A program made the position numbers and the translations under genes. Under the pieces are notes generated by a model. The model saw only the letters and a program-made list of their open reading frames with translations, was not told where the DNA came from and did not search any database. From Macrostomum lignano (taxonomy: Eukaryota), in NCBI GenBank assembly GCA_002269645.1, contig NIVC01001483.1:216863-280862 (forward strand): 64,000 bases of DNA. Reading direction: 5' to 3'. Every line of letters starts with the position of its first letter. Position 1 is the first letter of the stretch. This document shows positions 62,601-64,000 of this stretch, piece after piece.

Positions 62601-64000
62601 GACTTGCGTGTACGTCTGCTTATTGTACAACCGCACAGCCTGAATGTCAGGAGTGTTGAAAGCGAGCTGGATCCGACCGACAATGGTGGCTTCTGGACTG
62701 CCTGCAGACGTTTCAATTTCAATCAGGATGTTCTCGTTCGGATTGCAAACGACGAAGGCGTCGGTCTGTTTAGGTTGAATGGAACAGGCGAAGACAGACG
62801 CAAGTAGTTCAACTCAGAGGTGGCGTAACCGCCAAGCTGGGTTCCGTTGAGGATGCGCATTGCTGATAACGGAATCACGGTCTCGTCAGCCAGACCATCA
62901 AAATCATGCAAATTCCAGGTTGAGTAGTTGTTGCCGTCGTCGTTGTCGTTGTCGTTGTCCTAGGAGTAGTAGTGGTGCTCGCTGTTGTTGTTGTTGTGCT
63001 GGGCGTTGTTGTTGTCGGCGTAGTTGTAGTTGTGCTCGGTGTCGTGGTAGTTGATGTTGTTGTTGTGCTCGTTGTGCTTCTCGGTGTTGTTGTCAGCTTT
63101 GTGAAGCAGCCTAGCATGCTGACTTGAATCGGGATCCTGTTACCGCCCTCGTTTTTGAAATTAAAAACCAGAGCGATTCGATAAGCTTCCAAGCCCAATC
63201 CACCAACAGAGGCGCACGAGATGAAGTCGAACATGCAGGTGGCTACTTCAGCGGCACCGACAGCCAGTTTGACTGAAGTGAATGGAGACACCGCGTCTGT
63301 TGCATACTTTAGCTCCATTGACGTAATGAATCCTGGACTTGTCGTTGAAATCGATATTAGTCCGATGATCGAGTTACTAAGATCGTCTCCGCTGACGTTG
63401 AAATCGAACTGAATGCTATCCGTTGCTGTCGACGGTGTTGCCACACGGTTTATATTCAGTCCTGTGCTAGTCGGACAGCAGGTCGTACTCGACGTCGGAA
63501 TCAGTCCAACGCCCTGAGTGGAGGCGCTCACCGTGATGTCGCTCACACTTATTATGCTGCTGTCGGCCATGAGATTTGTGTCAAGACAACGAGTGAAGCT
63601 TGTAGTCGACTTGCTCTTCACGCCTTCTGTAGTGGTAGACGTGCTAGATGTCGTCGTTGTCGTTGTCGGCGTAGTCGTGGTCGACGTCGACGTCGTCGGA
63701 GTTGTTGTAGTAGTAGGCGTTGTCGTAGTAGTGGTAGGCGTTGTCGTAGTAGTCGTCGGCGTTGTCGTAGTAGTCGTCGGCGTTGTCGTAGTAGTCGTCG
63801 GCGTTGTTCGTTGTTGTGTGTAGGCGTTGTCGTAGTAGTCGTAGGCGTTGTTGTTGTTGTGGTGGCGGTTTGTGTCGTCTTTTGTGGGAAGCAGCCATAT
63901 ATTCCGATCTGTATGTCAACAGAATTCCGATCGGTCACTGAATTGTAGAAAATCTCAAATCGCATCACCGTCGAGTTGATGGTCGAAGGCGTCGGCGGGA
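50656..64000 (-). CDS. 3' part of a giant secreted mucin/SCO-spondin-like glycoprotein (TSP1, TIL, VWC-like, C-terminal cystine knot, tandem discoidin-like plus Thr-rich repeats), resembling flatworm adhesive protein ap2. Exons >64000-55481, 55404-55020, 54926-53961, 53385-52924, 52213-51951, 51606-50967, 50805-50656
   Basis: TSP1 motifs (WSQWSAWSECSQSC, WGPWSDWGPCSRPC, WSEWSDFSGCSAPC); TIL (CPYTC..C..GCFC, CETTC..C..SCQC); cystine knot (WCTGGCPS | VCQCCKP...CKDG...INKCHC-stop). Junctions are phase-consistent. Several single-base frameshifts occur in the giant exon and at ~55339. Confidence 0.85.
55560..64000 (-). repeat. Coding tandem repeat with a ~1.47-1.49 kb period, about 5.7 units in the window
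   Basis: The anchor CTTCACGCCTTCTGTAGTGG recurs at ~56232, 57720, 59197, 60665, 62153 and 63617. Units are nearly identical except for the length of the Thr-Pro tract. Confidence 0.97.

Noticed and set aside
56345-63823. Plus-strand Val/Gly-rich ORFs and minus-strand Arg/Gln- or Tyr/Asp-rich ORFs
   Set aside because: Antisense or off-frame readings of the Thr-Pro codon tracts.

Overview
Eukaryotic (metazoan) genomic DNA with spliceosomal GT-AG introns, most of them filled with minisatellites. Gene content and (TTAGGG)n repeats fit a free-living flatworm such as Macrostomum; this species call is inference. Seven protein-coding genes were reconstructed by hand with phase-consistent splice sites. 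Minus strand, 2.9-24.4 kb: three intronless tandem sulfotransferases of the Schistosoma SULT-OR/Sulfotransfer_4 type, NDUFV1 (3 exons), and a 6-exon PLAT-lipoxygenase in which three of the five iron ligands appear substituted. Plus strand, 35.4-48.8 kb: an 8-exon nAChR-like Cys-loop subunit with the anion-selective Pro-Ala motif. Minus strand, 50.7 kb to beyond the window end: the 3' part of a giant secreted TSP1/TIL/VWC/cystine-knot protein with ~1.48-kb tandem repeats of discoidin-like domains and Thr-rich linkers, resembling flatworm adhesive protein ap2. The 24.5-33.4 kb intergenic region is rich in MITEs. The most unusual observation is a ~300-bp TIR element (8-bp TSDs, three copies) carrying a ~60-nt sequence resembling the 28S rRNA helix 69-71 region, the R2/Pokey/I-PpoI target site. 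Most ORFs in the supplied track are artefacts of tandem repeats.
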